Assembly (NCBI GenBank): GCA_947627385.1
Contig: CANQVV010000002.1
Location: forward strand, 1 to 43,927
Source: an uncultured Bacilli bacterium
Lineage (GTDB): Bacteria > Bacillota_I > Bacilli_A > RF39 > UBA660
Reading direction: 5' to 3'
Length of the DNA: 43,927 bases
A program made the translations under genes and the position numbers. The notes beneath the pieces are model-generated. The model searched no databases and was not told the DNA's origin. It saw only the letters and a list, made by a program, of their open reading frames with translations. This document shows positions 1 to 9,400 of this stretch, piece by piece (position 1 is the stretch's first letter; the number at the start of each line of letters is the position of its first letter).

Positions 1-165
1 ACTACAAATAAATCATTTTCAAAATGGGGAGAATTATTTGGAGATAATATGATTGCCAATGCCATTTTAGATAGATTGCTTCACCATTCTCATGTAATTT
101 CCATTACTGGAAAATCATACAGAACTAAAGATATATTAACTAATTCTGAAGAAAAAAATGAATAA
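1..165 (+). CDS. istB: IS21-family helper ATPase (IstB-like), C-terminal fragment running off the left window edge
   Basis: Frame-1 translation is TTNKSFSKWGELFGDNMIANAILDRLLHHSHVISITGKSYRTKDILTNSEEKNE*. The W..F.D...A.AILDRLLHHS..I.I.G.SYR pattern is the conserved IstB C-terminus. Stop TAA at 163-165. Confidence 0.75.
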   Translation, partial: TTNKSFSKWGELFGDNMIANAILDRLLHHSHVISITGKSYRTKDILTNSEEKNE

Positions 166-170
166 ATTTT

Positions 171-236
171 GCTAATATAAAAATGTAGGTTTTCCTACAA
201 AATTATATTAGCAAAAACCTACATTTTTATATTGAC
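171..236. repeat. Terminal repeat cluster of the IS end (one forward and two reverse copies)
   Basis: 171-189 is gctaatataaaaatgtagg. 194-212 (cctacaaaattatattagc) is its imperfect reverse complement. 218-236 (cctacatttttatattgac) matches the reverse complement exactly over 16 nt. Confidence 0.7.
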
Positions 237-237
237 A

Positions 238-360
238 TTATCAGCAATTAAAAGTAAAAAAGATATTGCTAAAAATATGTTAAAAAAAGGAATATCTATC
301 TCAGAAATTTCTGAAATAACTGGTTTAGAAGAAAAAACAATTATTGAAATGCAAGATTAA
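238..360 (+). pseudogene. 3' remnant of an Rpn-family (PD-(D/E)XK, YhgA-like) recombination-promoting nuclease/transposase-like gene, cut by the IS insertion
   Basis: An open frame from 238 reads LSAIKSKKDIAKNMLKKGISISEISEITGLEEKTIIEMQD* with no start codon or SD. The ...IAKNMLKKG.S..EI.EITGL..E.I tail resembles the C-terminal helix-turn-helix tail of Rpn/YhgA-like proteins. It begins exactly at the proposed IS end. Confidence 0.45.
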
Positions 361-543
361 ATCAAATATTATTTATCTTAAAAAGTTCAATCCTATGATG
401 GTTTGAATTTTTTTATTAAGGGTTTTAGTAAAAATTACCTCTTGTTAGGTAAGATTTATTATAGTACAATTAAAGTAGCTACTAGCTTAGGTAGTAATAT
501 TTATGTTTTTTTGCATATAAGATTTAGGAAAGGAGTATGAAAA

Positions 544-1917
544 ATGCAAGTAAATGAAAAGCATAAGAAAATCATCTTAATAGTATTAGGTATTGTTATA
601 GTCCTACTTATTTTACTTTTTGCAATTAAGGGATGTTCTAAGAAAGAATATGAAATAACTTTTGATACTAATGGTGGTGGCAATATTAGTACAGCAAAAG
701 TTCAAAAAGATGGTAAAATTGTGAAGCCAACAGATCCAACTAAGGATGGTTATGTATTTGATGGTTGGTATTATAATGATGAATTATTTGATTTTAATAC
801 TAAAATAACAGATGATATGATTTTAGAAGCTAAGTGGATAAAAGCTGAGGCAGTTATGGGCATTAGTTTAGATTTAAAGGAATTATCTTTAAAACCTAAT
901 TCTTCTCATACCTTAGTAGTTACTATTACACCAGAAAATGCTCAAAATAAAAAAGTGTTATGGTCTAGTAGTGATGAAGATATAGTAACAGTTGATGAAA
1001 ATGGTAAATTAAAAGCTTTAAAAAATGGCAAGGCCACAATTACAGTAACAACCGAAGATGGAAAGTATAAAGCTACTTGTGAAGTAACAGTTACCAGTGA
1101 TATTGTAAGTGTTACTAGTGTAACAATTAAAGGTGCTAGTGAGGTATTAGTGGGAAAAACAATTAAATTAACTGCTGATATTAAACCAAATGAAGCCTCA
1201 GACAAAAGTGTTAAGTGGAAAAGTAGTGATTCTAAAATTGCCAGTGTTGATAAAAATGGTAATGTTAAAGGTTTAAAAAGTGGAAAAGTAACAATTACGG
1301 TTACAACTAATGATGGAAATAAAACAGCCAAGAAAGATATAACTATTAAAGAAAATTCTAATCCAAATCCAATTCCATCAAATCCAAATTCAGGTGAAAG
1401 TAGTAATCCCACTCCAACTACTCCAAGTGAAGTTAAAGTTACTGGTGTATCATTAAATAAAGATAAATTAACTTTAAATGTAAATGAAAGTGATAATTTA
1501 AAAGCCACTATTACCCCAAGTAATGCTACCAATAAAGGATTAAAATGGCAAAGTAGTAATCCAAATGTTGTTAAAGTTGATGATAATGGTAAAGTAACTG
1601 CTTTAAGTGAAGGAACAGCGACAATAACAGTAACAACTATTGATGGCAATTATGAAGCAAAATGTGATGTTGTCGTAAGTTCAATATATAAAATTGAATT
1701 AAAAACACAATTTAATGATAATCAATTACCAGTTGGTTATAATGTTATAGTTTACAAAGATGGTAAAAAATTTACGGATTATAAAAATGTAATTTATAAA
1801 GGATTAGAAAAATATGATTATTTTTTATCTAGTGAGATTCAAAAAGTTGAAAAAAATATAACTTTAACTTTAAAAGATGGTAAAACGATAAATTTACAAT
1901 TTACGATTGTTAATTAG
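544..1917 (+). CDS. Membrane-anchored surface protein with one Flg_new (Listeria-Bacteroides/InlB B-type) repeat and three Big_2 Ig-like domains
   Basis: N-terminal TM/signal anchor (IILIVLGIVIVLLILLFAI). YEITFDTNGGG...DGYVFDGWYYND..FDFNTKITDDMILEAKW is a typical Flg_new repeat. Three ~80-aa units follow with ...TITPENA.NKKV.W.SSD..IVTVDENGK..ALK.G.ATITVTT.DG (nt ~856-1693). SD aaggag lies upstream. Confidence 0.8.
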   Translation: MQVNEKHKKIILIVLGIVIVLLILLFAIKGCSKKEYEITFDTNGGGNISTAKVQKDGKIVKPTDPTKDGYVFDGWYYNDELFDFNTKITDDMILEAKWIKAEAVMGISLDLKELSLKPNSSHTLVVTITPENAQNKKVLWSSSDEDIVTVDENGKLKALKNGKATITVTTEDGKYKATCEVTVTSDIVSVTSVTIKGASEVLVGKTIKLTADIKPNEASDKSVKWKSSDSKIASVDKNGNVKGLKSGKVTITVTTNDGNKTAKKDITIKENSNPNPIPSNPNSGESSNPTPTTPSEVKVTGVSLNKDKLTLNVNESDNLKATITPSNATNKGLKWQSSNPNVVKVDDNGKVTALSEGTATITVTTIDGNYEAKCDVVVSSIYKIELKTQFNDNQLPVGYNVIVYKDGKKFTDYKNVIYKGLEKYDYFLSSEIQKVEKNITLTLKDGKTINLQFTIVN

Positions 1918-1931
1918 AAAGGAAGTAAAGA

Positions 1932-4841
1932 ATGAAAAAAATTAGTAAATATATATTATTAGTATTAGTAGCATTGTTAATTAATTTAACTCCTACTATG
2001 GCCAAAGAAATTAATTTAAAAACGTTGGGTGATTTAGTTTTAGAACAAGAACCAAATGCTACATCGTTTTATATTATTGGTAAATATGTTTTTACAGATC
2101 AATATGTAAAAAATTATTCTTTAAATACTAAGGATATTATGTTATCTGCACGTAGTATTAAAGTAAATACAGAAACAGATGGTGAAGTAAAAAGTTCGCC
2201 AATATATGATAAAATGAATATTTATACAGTATCAAAATATAGTGATGGCTGGAAATTTAATGATAATTTAATAGGTTCTCCAAAGCCACAAGATGATATG
2301 TTAGTAGATATAAAATATATTGATTATAGTCTTATAAAAGATGTTTATACAGTTATTTTTGTAGATGATAAAAATGCCGATATAAGAAAGCAAGAAGTTA
2401 TTTCTGGGGAAAAAGTAACTGCACCAAGTGTTGAAGTTGAAAAAGGGTATACTCTTGAATGGCATAAATGTAATAATGATAATTGTTCATCATTGGAAGA
2501 GGATGCTTTTGATTTTAATACAGAAATTACATCAGATATTAAATTAAAACAAGTTTTAGTTGGTGATGTTTATAAGTTAACATTTGAAGATGATAAACTT
2601 GAAGGTGGAAAACAAGAATTTTCTTATACTTATCCTAATGTAGTACCAAGTGATCATCAAAATTTAAAACCTAGTGATAAAGAAGGATATACTTTTAAAT
2701 ATTGGTATGATGTAGCAGTAGGTGAAGATACTGAATTTGATTTTGAACAAAAATTAACTCAAAATGTTACTTTAAAAGCAAAATGGCAAATTGAAACATA
2801 TACCGTTACTTTTATCAATGAAAGTAGTAGTGAAGAGAAAACTGTTGAATATAATCACACAGTAGAAATGCCAACTGAACCTCAAAGAAAAGGTTTTACA
2901 TTTGTTGGCTGGTTTAAATGTAGTGATGATGAGTGTAATGTCTTAGAAGAAACAGCATTTGATTTTGATACACCAATTAAAGCCAATATTAAATTAAAGG
3001 CTAAATGGACTGAAAAACAACGTATTGTTAAATTCAAAGGAATGATTGATGATGTTGAAAATAATCAATTCGTTCAAGGTAAAGATACAGTAGTATTAAA
3101 TTCTGACTATAAGTTAACAACGGAACAAATACCAAATACAAATCAAACTGGTTATGAGTTTTTAGGCTGGTTTGATGAAAAACATCCTAATACTGAAATA
3201 AAAATTCTTACTGATCGAATTTTTACCGATGAAGTTACTACAATAATTGGCAAATGGAAAGCAAATCGATATACTGTTACATTTGATAGTGATGGTGGAA
3301 ATGAAATTGGTAAAAGAATAGTTAGTTATAATAGTCAAGTACAAACACCGGGAGAAGCTCATAAAAATGCTGAGGGAGACTATAACGGCTATGAATTTAT
3401 TGATTGGTTTAAATGTAGTGATGATGAGTGTAATGCCTTAGAAGAAACAGCATTTGATTTTAACACACCAATTACCGAAGATATTACATTAAAAGCAAAA
3501 TATGAAAAAATTGTATATACAAATAAGATAGCTAATAATTTTGTTGATTCTATAAATAATAAAGACTTTTCAGCAACAGTTCAACAAGAAGAAAACAAAA
3601 TTTCATTTAATATTATTAATAAAGATTTAGGATTACAAACTAATTACTCTAAGATAAAAAATGCATTAGAAAAAGCTGTAGAAGTTAAAAATGTTACTAA
3701 TATTACTATTGAATATAATGGTACTTCTAAAAAAACAATAACATTAACAAACGATTCAGATATAGATTTAGAATTAGTAAATTTATTTAAGGAAATAACT
3801 AATAAAAATTTTGAGCAAACAAAATTAGAAGATTTATATAATAAAAGTCTTAATATAACTATTAATTTAGCTGCTGGATATAAAAACGAAGAAAAAAATT
3901 CAGTTGATACATATACTGTTGACTTTATTACTAATTTTGTTAAAGTAAGTAATATTCAAGAATTAAAAGATAATTTAACTAGTGGTAAAGAAATAATTGT
4001 TGAAAATTGGGCAGGTGAAACAATAACTAAAACAATTTATATTGATCATGATGTAGTAATAGATTTCCGCAATACAACAGTAAAATCAGCAGTTACTGAT
4101 AGTAAATATACTTTTGTTATTAGAAGTGGTAAAAATGTTAGTATTAAAGATTTAAAATTAGAAATCGATGCTATCTTACCATCTGAGTATGATAAAGAGT
4201 TAAAAAAAGCTATAACTGAAAAAAATACTATTGGTATAAAAGTAGAAGATAATGCATCATTAACTGTTAATAATTTCAATGTTATTACTCATAAAAAGCC
4301 TGATAAAGATACATTTAAAATTGGAGAAGAAGATTTTGATTCAACTAAGGTAGCAATTAATGAAAATGCAGCAATTGAATTACATGGAACATTATATGGA
4401 AGCAATATTAATTATGATGCTGAAATATATGGTAGTCCAACCGTATTAGCTACTGAAAATGCTATAATGGATTTACGAGGATTAAGTAAATCAACTTATA
4501 TTTATAATGTAAATAGAACAGATAACAAAGCAAAAGGTTCATCTGATAGATTTGACAAAGTTGAAGGATTTATTCATTATTATAAAGAGTATAATAATTC
4601 TTATATAACATTTGTCTTTTATTCAACATCTACACCACAAGCAGTATTTGCATTATTATATAATGAAAATATAATTATTCCAAAAGTATTCCAAGAAGGT
4701 GGAGATTTATATATGATAGATGGTAAACCTCTTCAAAAATGGAATTCAAGAAATTATAGTGGCTCTAAAACAACAGATGAATTAGCAAATGAAAAAATAA
4801 AAAATCATGAAACAGTTTATTTATATGCAAAATATGAATAA
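1932..4841 (+). CDS. Secreted multi-Flg_new-repeat (InlB B-repeat-containing) protein with a large uncharacterised C-terminal half
   Basis: Signal peptide (LVALLINLTPTMA|KE). At least five YT(V/L)TF...GY.F.GW...FDF.T.I..(D/N)I.LKAKW repeats occur between aa ~139 and 527. SD gaaaggaag lies upstream. The C-terminal ~440 aa have no motif I recognise. Confidence 0.8.
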   Translation: MKKISKYILLVLVALLINLTPTMAKEINLKTLGDLVLEQEPNATSFYIIGKYVFTDQYVKNYSLNTKDIMLSARSIKVNTETDGEVKSSPIYDKMNIYTVSKYSDGWKFNDNLIGSPKPQDDMLVDIKYIDYSLIKDVYTVIFVDDKNADIRKQEVISGEKVTAPSVEVEKGYTLEWHKCNNDNCSSLEEDAFDFNTEITSDIKLKQVLVGDVYKLTFEDDKLEGGKQEFSYTYPNVVPSDHQNLKPSDKEGYTFKYWYDVAVGEDTEFDFEQKLTQNVTLKAKWQIETYTVTFINESSSEEKTVEYNHTVEMPTEPQRKGFTFVGWFKCSDDECNVLEETAFDFDTPIKANIKLKAKWTEKQRIVKFKGMIDDVENNQFVQGKDTVVLNSDYKLTTEQIPNTNQTGYEFLGWFDEKHPNTEIKILTDRIFTDEVTTIIGKWKANRYTVTFDSDGGNEIGKRIVSYNSQVQTPGEAHKNAEGDYNGYEFIDWFKCSDDECNALEETAFDFNTPITEDITLKAKYEKIVYTNKIANNFVDSINNKDFSATVQQEENKISFNIINKDLGLQTNYSKIKNALEKAVEVKNVTNITIEYNGTSKKTITLTNDSDIDLELVNLFKEITNKNFEQTKLEDLYNKSLNITINLAAGYKNEEKNSVDTYTVDFITNFVKVSNIQELKDNLTSGKEIIVENWAGETITKTIYIDHDVVIDFRNTTVKSAVTDSKYTFVIRSGKNVSIKDLKLEIDAILPSEYDKELKKAITEKNTIGIKVEDNASLTVNNFNVITHKKPDKDTFKIGEEDFDSTKVAINENAAIELHGTLYGSNINYDAEIYGSPTVLATENAIMDLRGLSKSTYIYNVNRTDNKAKGSSDRFDKVEGFIHYYKEYNNSYITFVFYSTSTPQAVFALLYNENIIIPKVFQEGGDLYMIDGKPLQKWNSRNYSGSKTTDELANEKIKNHETVYLYAKYE

Positions 4842-4876
4842 CAAATAAAAAGTAGCAAAAGCTACTTTTTATTTGT
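4841..4876. terminator. Bidirectional rho-independent terminator shared by convergent genes
   Basis: Perfect 16-bp stem acaaataaaaagtagc / gctactttttatttgt with an aaaa loop. A- and T-runs flank it on both sides. It overlaps the stop of the minus-strand gene. Confidence 0.8.
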
Positions 4877-6224
4877 TATAAACTTCAATTAATGTCTTAA
4901 ATAATTTAATTAAATTATCTAAATTATTTTTATCTTTGGCTTCACATCTTAATGTTATATTTGGTCCGGTGTTACTTGCTCTTACATAAGCCCAAGCATC
5001 TTTAAACATAACTTTTAAGCCATCAATTTCTAAAAATTGATAATTTTTTTCTTGACAATATTTTTTAATATTATTAATAACTTCTCGTTTTTTAGAATCA
5101 GATGATTTAAATTTTTCCTCTGGACTATTAAAGTAAACAGGAACAGTACTAACAAGTTCACTTAAAGTTTTATCTGTTTTAGAAAGTATTTCAATTAGTC
5201 TTAGAGAAGAATACATAGCTGATTCAGTACTAAATAAACGATCGTTTAAAGATATATGGCCAACATATTGAATGCCAAATGGAATATTTTCTCTTAATAC
5301 TTTTTCTTGGGTGTAACTAGTTCCTGTTCGACATATTACAGGTGTTCCGCCCAACTTTTCAATTTCATCTTTAAAGTTATCAGAACATTTAGGATCATAT
5401 AGGAATTTTTTATTATCTACTTTATCAATTATATTTCTTAAAATAATTATAGCGTAAGCTTCGATAGAAACCATATTACCAAGTTCATCAATGATACCAA
5501 TTCGATCACCATCACCATCAAATCCAATACCAATATCAGCTTTTATTTCTTTGACTTTATCTTTTAATTGTTGTAAATTTTCTTCAATAGATGGATCAGG
5601 ATGATGATTGGGAAAATGTCCATCTGACTCTTCATTAATAATAGTTAAATCAATATTTAATTTAGAAAATATATCTTTGGCAACACAAGTAGTAGTACCA
5701 TTTGCGGGATCTAAAACTACTTTAATTTTCTTTTTACCAAATTTTAAATGGCTAATAACATACTCAATATAATCTTCTTTAATATTTTTATATTCAATAG
5801 TACCTTGACCTTTTAAAAATTTACCAGCATCAATATATCTTTTTAAATCTTTAACCATATCACCACGAGCATTAGCGTATTTATCAAATGAAAATTTAAA
5901 ACCATTTTCATCAGCTGGATTATGGCTAGCTGTTATCATTATGCCAAACAAATCATTTACATGTCTAGCATAGTAATGCATTGGTGTTGTAGTAAGTCCA
6001 TAATCAATAACATTAATTCCTGTTTCTAGTAATCCTTTAATTAAAGACTTATGTAAGCTTTCAGATGAAAGACGATTATCATGTGAAATTACACAAGCAT
6101 GTTGGTTTAATTTTTCTTGTAAATAAGAACCATAACCTAAGCCAATTTTGTAAGCGATTTTTTCATTAATATCTTTTGGTACTTGACCACGAATATCATA
6201 TTCTCTAAAAATTTTATCTTTCAC
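4869..6224 (-). CDS. Phosphomannomutase/phosphoglucomutase (alpha-D-phosphohexomutase family)
   Basis: N-terminal FREYDIRG, phosphoserine loop TASHNPADENGFKF and Mg loop GFDGDGDR are present. The TASHNP/FR.YDIRG pattern favours PMM/PGM over GlmM (SASHNP). Confidence 0.8.
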   Translation of the reverse strand: MKDKIFREYDIRGQVPKDINEKIAYKIGLGYGSYLQEKLNQHACVISHDNRLSSESLHKSLIKGLLETGINVIDYGLTTTPMHYYARHVNDLFGIMITASHNPADENGFKFSFDKYANARGDMVKDLKRYIDAGKFLKGQGTIEYKNIKEDYIEYVISHLKFGKKKIKVVLDPANGTTTCVAKDIFSKLNIDLTIINEESDGHFPNHHPDPSIEENLQQLKDKVKEIKADIGIGFDGDGDRIGIIDELGNMVSIEAYAIIILRNIIDKVDNKKFLYDPKCSDNFKDEIEKLGGTPVICRTGTSYTQEKVLRENIPFGIQYVGHISLNDRLFSTESAMYSSLRLIEILSKTDKTLSELVSTVPVYFNSPEEKFKSSDSKKREVINNIKKYCQEKNYQFLEIDGLKVMFKDAWAYVRASNTGPNITLRCEAKDKNNLDNLIKLFKTLIEVYNK

Positions 6225-6357
6225 TAGTATCCCTCATTTATATTTTAATAATATCATAAATTTGCATAAAATAAAATAGTTGAATAAGTAAATGTAAATT
6301 AAACAAACATTTAACAATGTAAAAATATGGCAACTTGACCTATTTTTACAAAATACA

Positions 6358-6386
6358 TTGAAAAAATTTACTTTTTATTGTATAAT
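6358..6386 (+). promoter_or_regulatory. Putative sigma-A promoter for the 1244-aa surface protein gene
   Basis: TTGAAA (6358-6363), a 17-nt spacer, then TATAAT (6381-6386). It lies 24 nt upstream of the ATG, with SD aaaggagg in between. Confidence 0.5.
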
Positions 6387-6409
6387 TTAACCATTAAAGG
6401 AGGGGTAAT

Positions 6410-9400
6410 ATGTCAAAATTAAAAAAAATAATTTATTCTTTTATATTTATGGGAATTTTTATTGGACTAGTTACAACTGTTAATATTTATTATAGTAATT
6501 TTAATAATGGAGATGTAAATGCTTTAAGTTTAGCTACTTTACCTTACAATTCAGATACTCATATCTATTTATCAGATATAGATTATAGAAGTGACTCCAC
6601 TGTTGAACCAGGTTACTATATAAGAAAAGATAAAAATGGTGAAGGTGGCTTTATATCTGTTAATACCAAAGATGGTAAGAAAACATTTATAAAAGGTATT
6701 TCTGCTTGGGCAACATCAAATGTTATTTATGATTTAACAAATTTAAATTATGATTATTTTGTCTCTTATGTTGGTGTTGATTCAAGTCAAATTAGTGATT
6801 ATTATAATAGTGGTGTACGCATTACTATTTATACTTCTGTGGATGGTGAAAATTGGAATCCAGCTTATACATCAGAAATAAAAAAAGGTTGGGATAATGC
6901 TGATAAAGTAGAAATCAGTTTAAAAAATGAAGATGGAAGTAAAGTAAATTATTTAAGATTATATGCTTATGAAAATGGTGATTCATGGTATAGTCAATGG
7001 CATGATGATGCTGTTTATGCAGATGCAATGTTAATTAAAGAAGGCTATCAAAATGAATTTAAAGAGTCAAATATTATTAAAACAGTTGCTGGCTATAATA
7101 ATGAATTAGAAAATTATAAAGATGCCATAAAAAATGGTGATTTTAGTAATTTAGAATCATATGAAAGTACTTTATTAAAAAAAGAGTTTGTTAAAAGAGC
7201 TAATTATGATATTTTACAAGCTTTAATTAATTATAGTAAAGATTATGAAAAAATTATTAATTGGTTATTTAATGATAAAGAAGCCCTAGAATTTTATGTT
7301 TTAGGCGGTGAAGCTGATGGTAATTATGGTACAAGTTTAAAAGTTTTAAATGAATTATATAATATGTATCACGAAGATTTTAATGATCCTGTAAATGGTA
7401 AGTTATATAAGAAAATGGCTATTACTTTATCATTAACTCACTCAACTAGTGTAGGATTGTGGGTAAGCGGCGCCCCAGAAGATCCAGATGATCCAAATGG
7501 TTCAAATGCATTTAGAAGATATCTTATTTATAAAGAATTATATTTAGCAAATAGATTAGATAATAATATATTTACAGATTTAACTGTTGAAGAAATGCGT
7601 TATGTTATGAATAATATTATTGATGATGAAGAAATAAAATGGTTAAATGATTATACCAAAAGAAATGATAAAGACAATATAGGTACTAAAACATTGTCAC
7701 AACCTAATTCAGCTAAAAATCCCTATACATACATAAATTATACATTTGATTATGATTATAGTAAGAGTATGTACTATGATGAAACCCAAAAAGATATATG
7801 GAATAATAAAGTTCATAATAATTCTGAAAAATTAGTTAATTATGGTTTTAAAAATTTTAATGTTACTTATAAAACTGGTTTTCCAAAATTATGGATAGTT
7901 TTTGAAGAAGGATCAGTTTGTGGTGGTTTATCAAAAACTGGTTCTAATATTCAAGGCGTTTATGGTGTACCATCAACTGTTATATCTCAACCTGGTCATG
8001 CTGCTTATATTTATATGTATAAAAATGCTAGTGGTGAGAAATTATGGACTATGTATAATGATGTTTCTGGCTGGGGTCAATCAGGTAAAACTGAAAAATT
8101 ATCAGTAAGAATGCCAAATGGTTGGGGTAGTGGCAATTATGTAGGAAGTTATCCTGCTACTTATATACTTTTAAGTCAATCAGCCTTAAATGAATATGAT
8201 ACTTATAAAAAGGCCGAAGAAATTATGATGACTACTGATTTATTTACAGATGATTATGTAGCAGTTAAAGGTATATATGAAAAAGCCTTAGAAGAAGAAA
8301 AAATTAATTTAGATGCTTATCTTGGTTTAATTGATACTTATAAAAAAATGAATGCAAGTGATATTGAATATCAAGAATTAGCAGTTAAAATTATGACAAA
8401 TTATAAATATTACCCATTACCAATGAATGATTTATTAGAGTTAATAATGACTAATATTAAAAGTAATGATATAAAAACAGATTTAAGTAATAAAAGAACA
8501 GCTTTATTAAATGAAGTAAAAGATTTAAAACAAGAAAAAGTAAGTGACTATAATCAAGTTCAAGCAGCTAGTCAAGTTGCTACATATCTTTTACAAGAAA
8601 ATAAACCTTTGGCTAAATTCTCATTTGAAGATAAGACAATAACTTTAAATGAAAAATATTTAAGCAATCCAACTTGGAAATATAGTGTTGATAGTAATAA
8701 TTTTAGTAAAGAAGTTTCTGGACTTACTTATACACTTACTGATGAAGAAGTAGATTTAATTCATGAAGAAACAGAAATCTTAATTAAAATTATTGGCCAA
8801 AATGATATTATTTATGAAATACCTATTGAAAAACCAATTGTTCCACCAGCCTTATCTTTTAGTGACATTGATAATAAAATTAATACAGAAATAAAAAATG
8901 CTCCAAAAGGATATAGTGCAGAGGCCTTAGAATATCGTCTTGAAGGCAGTGAAACTTGGCATAAATTAAGTGATGGCTATGATTTTTCTGGTAATAAAAA
9001 TGTTGAAATTAGAATTGGCCGTCACGGAGCATTTGTTGCTAGTGATTCAGTTATCTTTAATTTTACTGCTATTGGTGAAAGTGAAAAATATTTATATGTT
9101 AATGATTTAGGTATCAAAGATTTTTCATCAGAATATACTAAAACAGAAGATAATAAAGCCCAAAATGTTTTAGATAATAATAATGATACTTTATGGCATA
9201 CCGATTGGGATGGCAAAGATTATGATCGATATATTACTTTGGAAGTTAAAGGAGATCCTGTTTATATTACAGCCTTAGAATATGTTCCAAGACAAGGATC
9301 AACTAATGGAATTGTTACAAAAGCCCAAGTTTTAACAAGTATGGATGGTGAAAATTATACCGAAGTAGAAACTACAACTAATTTAGAGTGGGCTGTAAAT

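Larger units (their letters stand above)
1..237 (+). mobile_element. Right end of an IS21-family insertion sequence (truncated by the window edge)
   Basis: The istB-like 3' end is followed by three copies of a ~19-nt motif, as expected for the multiple terminal repeats of IS21-type ends. The proposed outer end is ...TTGACA at 232-237 (IS21-type ends finish in CA). An unrelated reading frame begins abruptly at 238. Confidence 0.6.

Noticed and set aside
942-1649. 235-aa ORF on the minus strand
   Set aside because: It is entirely antisense to the Big_2 repeat region of a well-supported plus-strand gene. Its translation is low-complexity (V/T/L/S-rich) with no SD. This is a typical stop-free antisense frame in AT-rich repetitive coding DNA.
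7902-8108. 68-aa plus-strand ORF, and the similar small ORFs in the track at 501-683, 3162-3362, 4046-4279, 9022-9216, 9403-9585, 9655-9846, 10910-11143, 14664-14867, 15301-15516, 20618-20815, 25466-25663, 26708-26923, 34088-34300 and 37774-37971
   Set aside because: All lie inside or antisense to longer ORFs with clear homology-type motifs. None has an SD or a recognisable motif.
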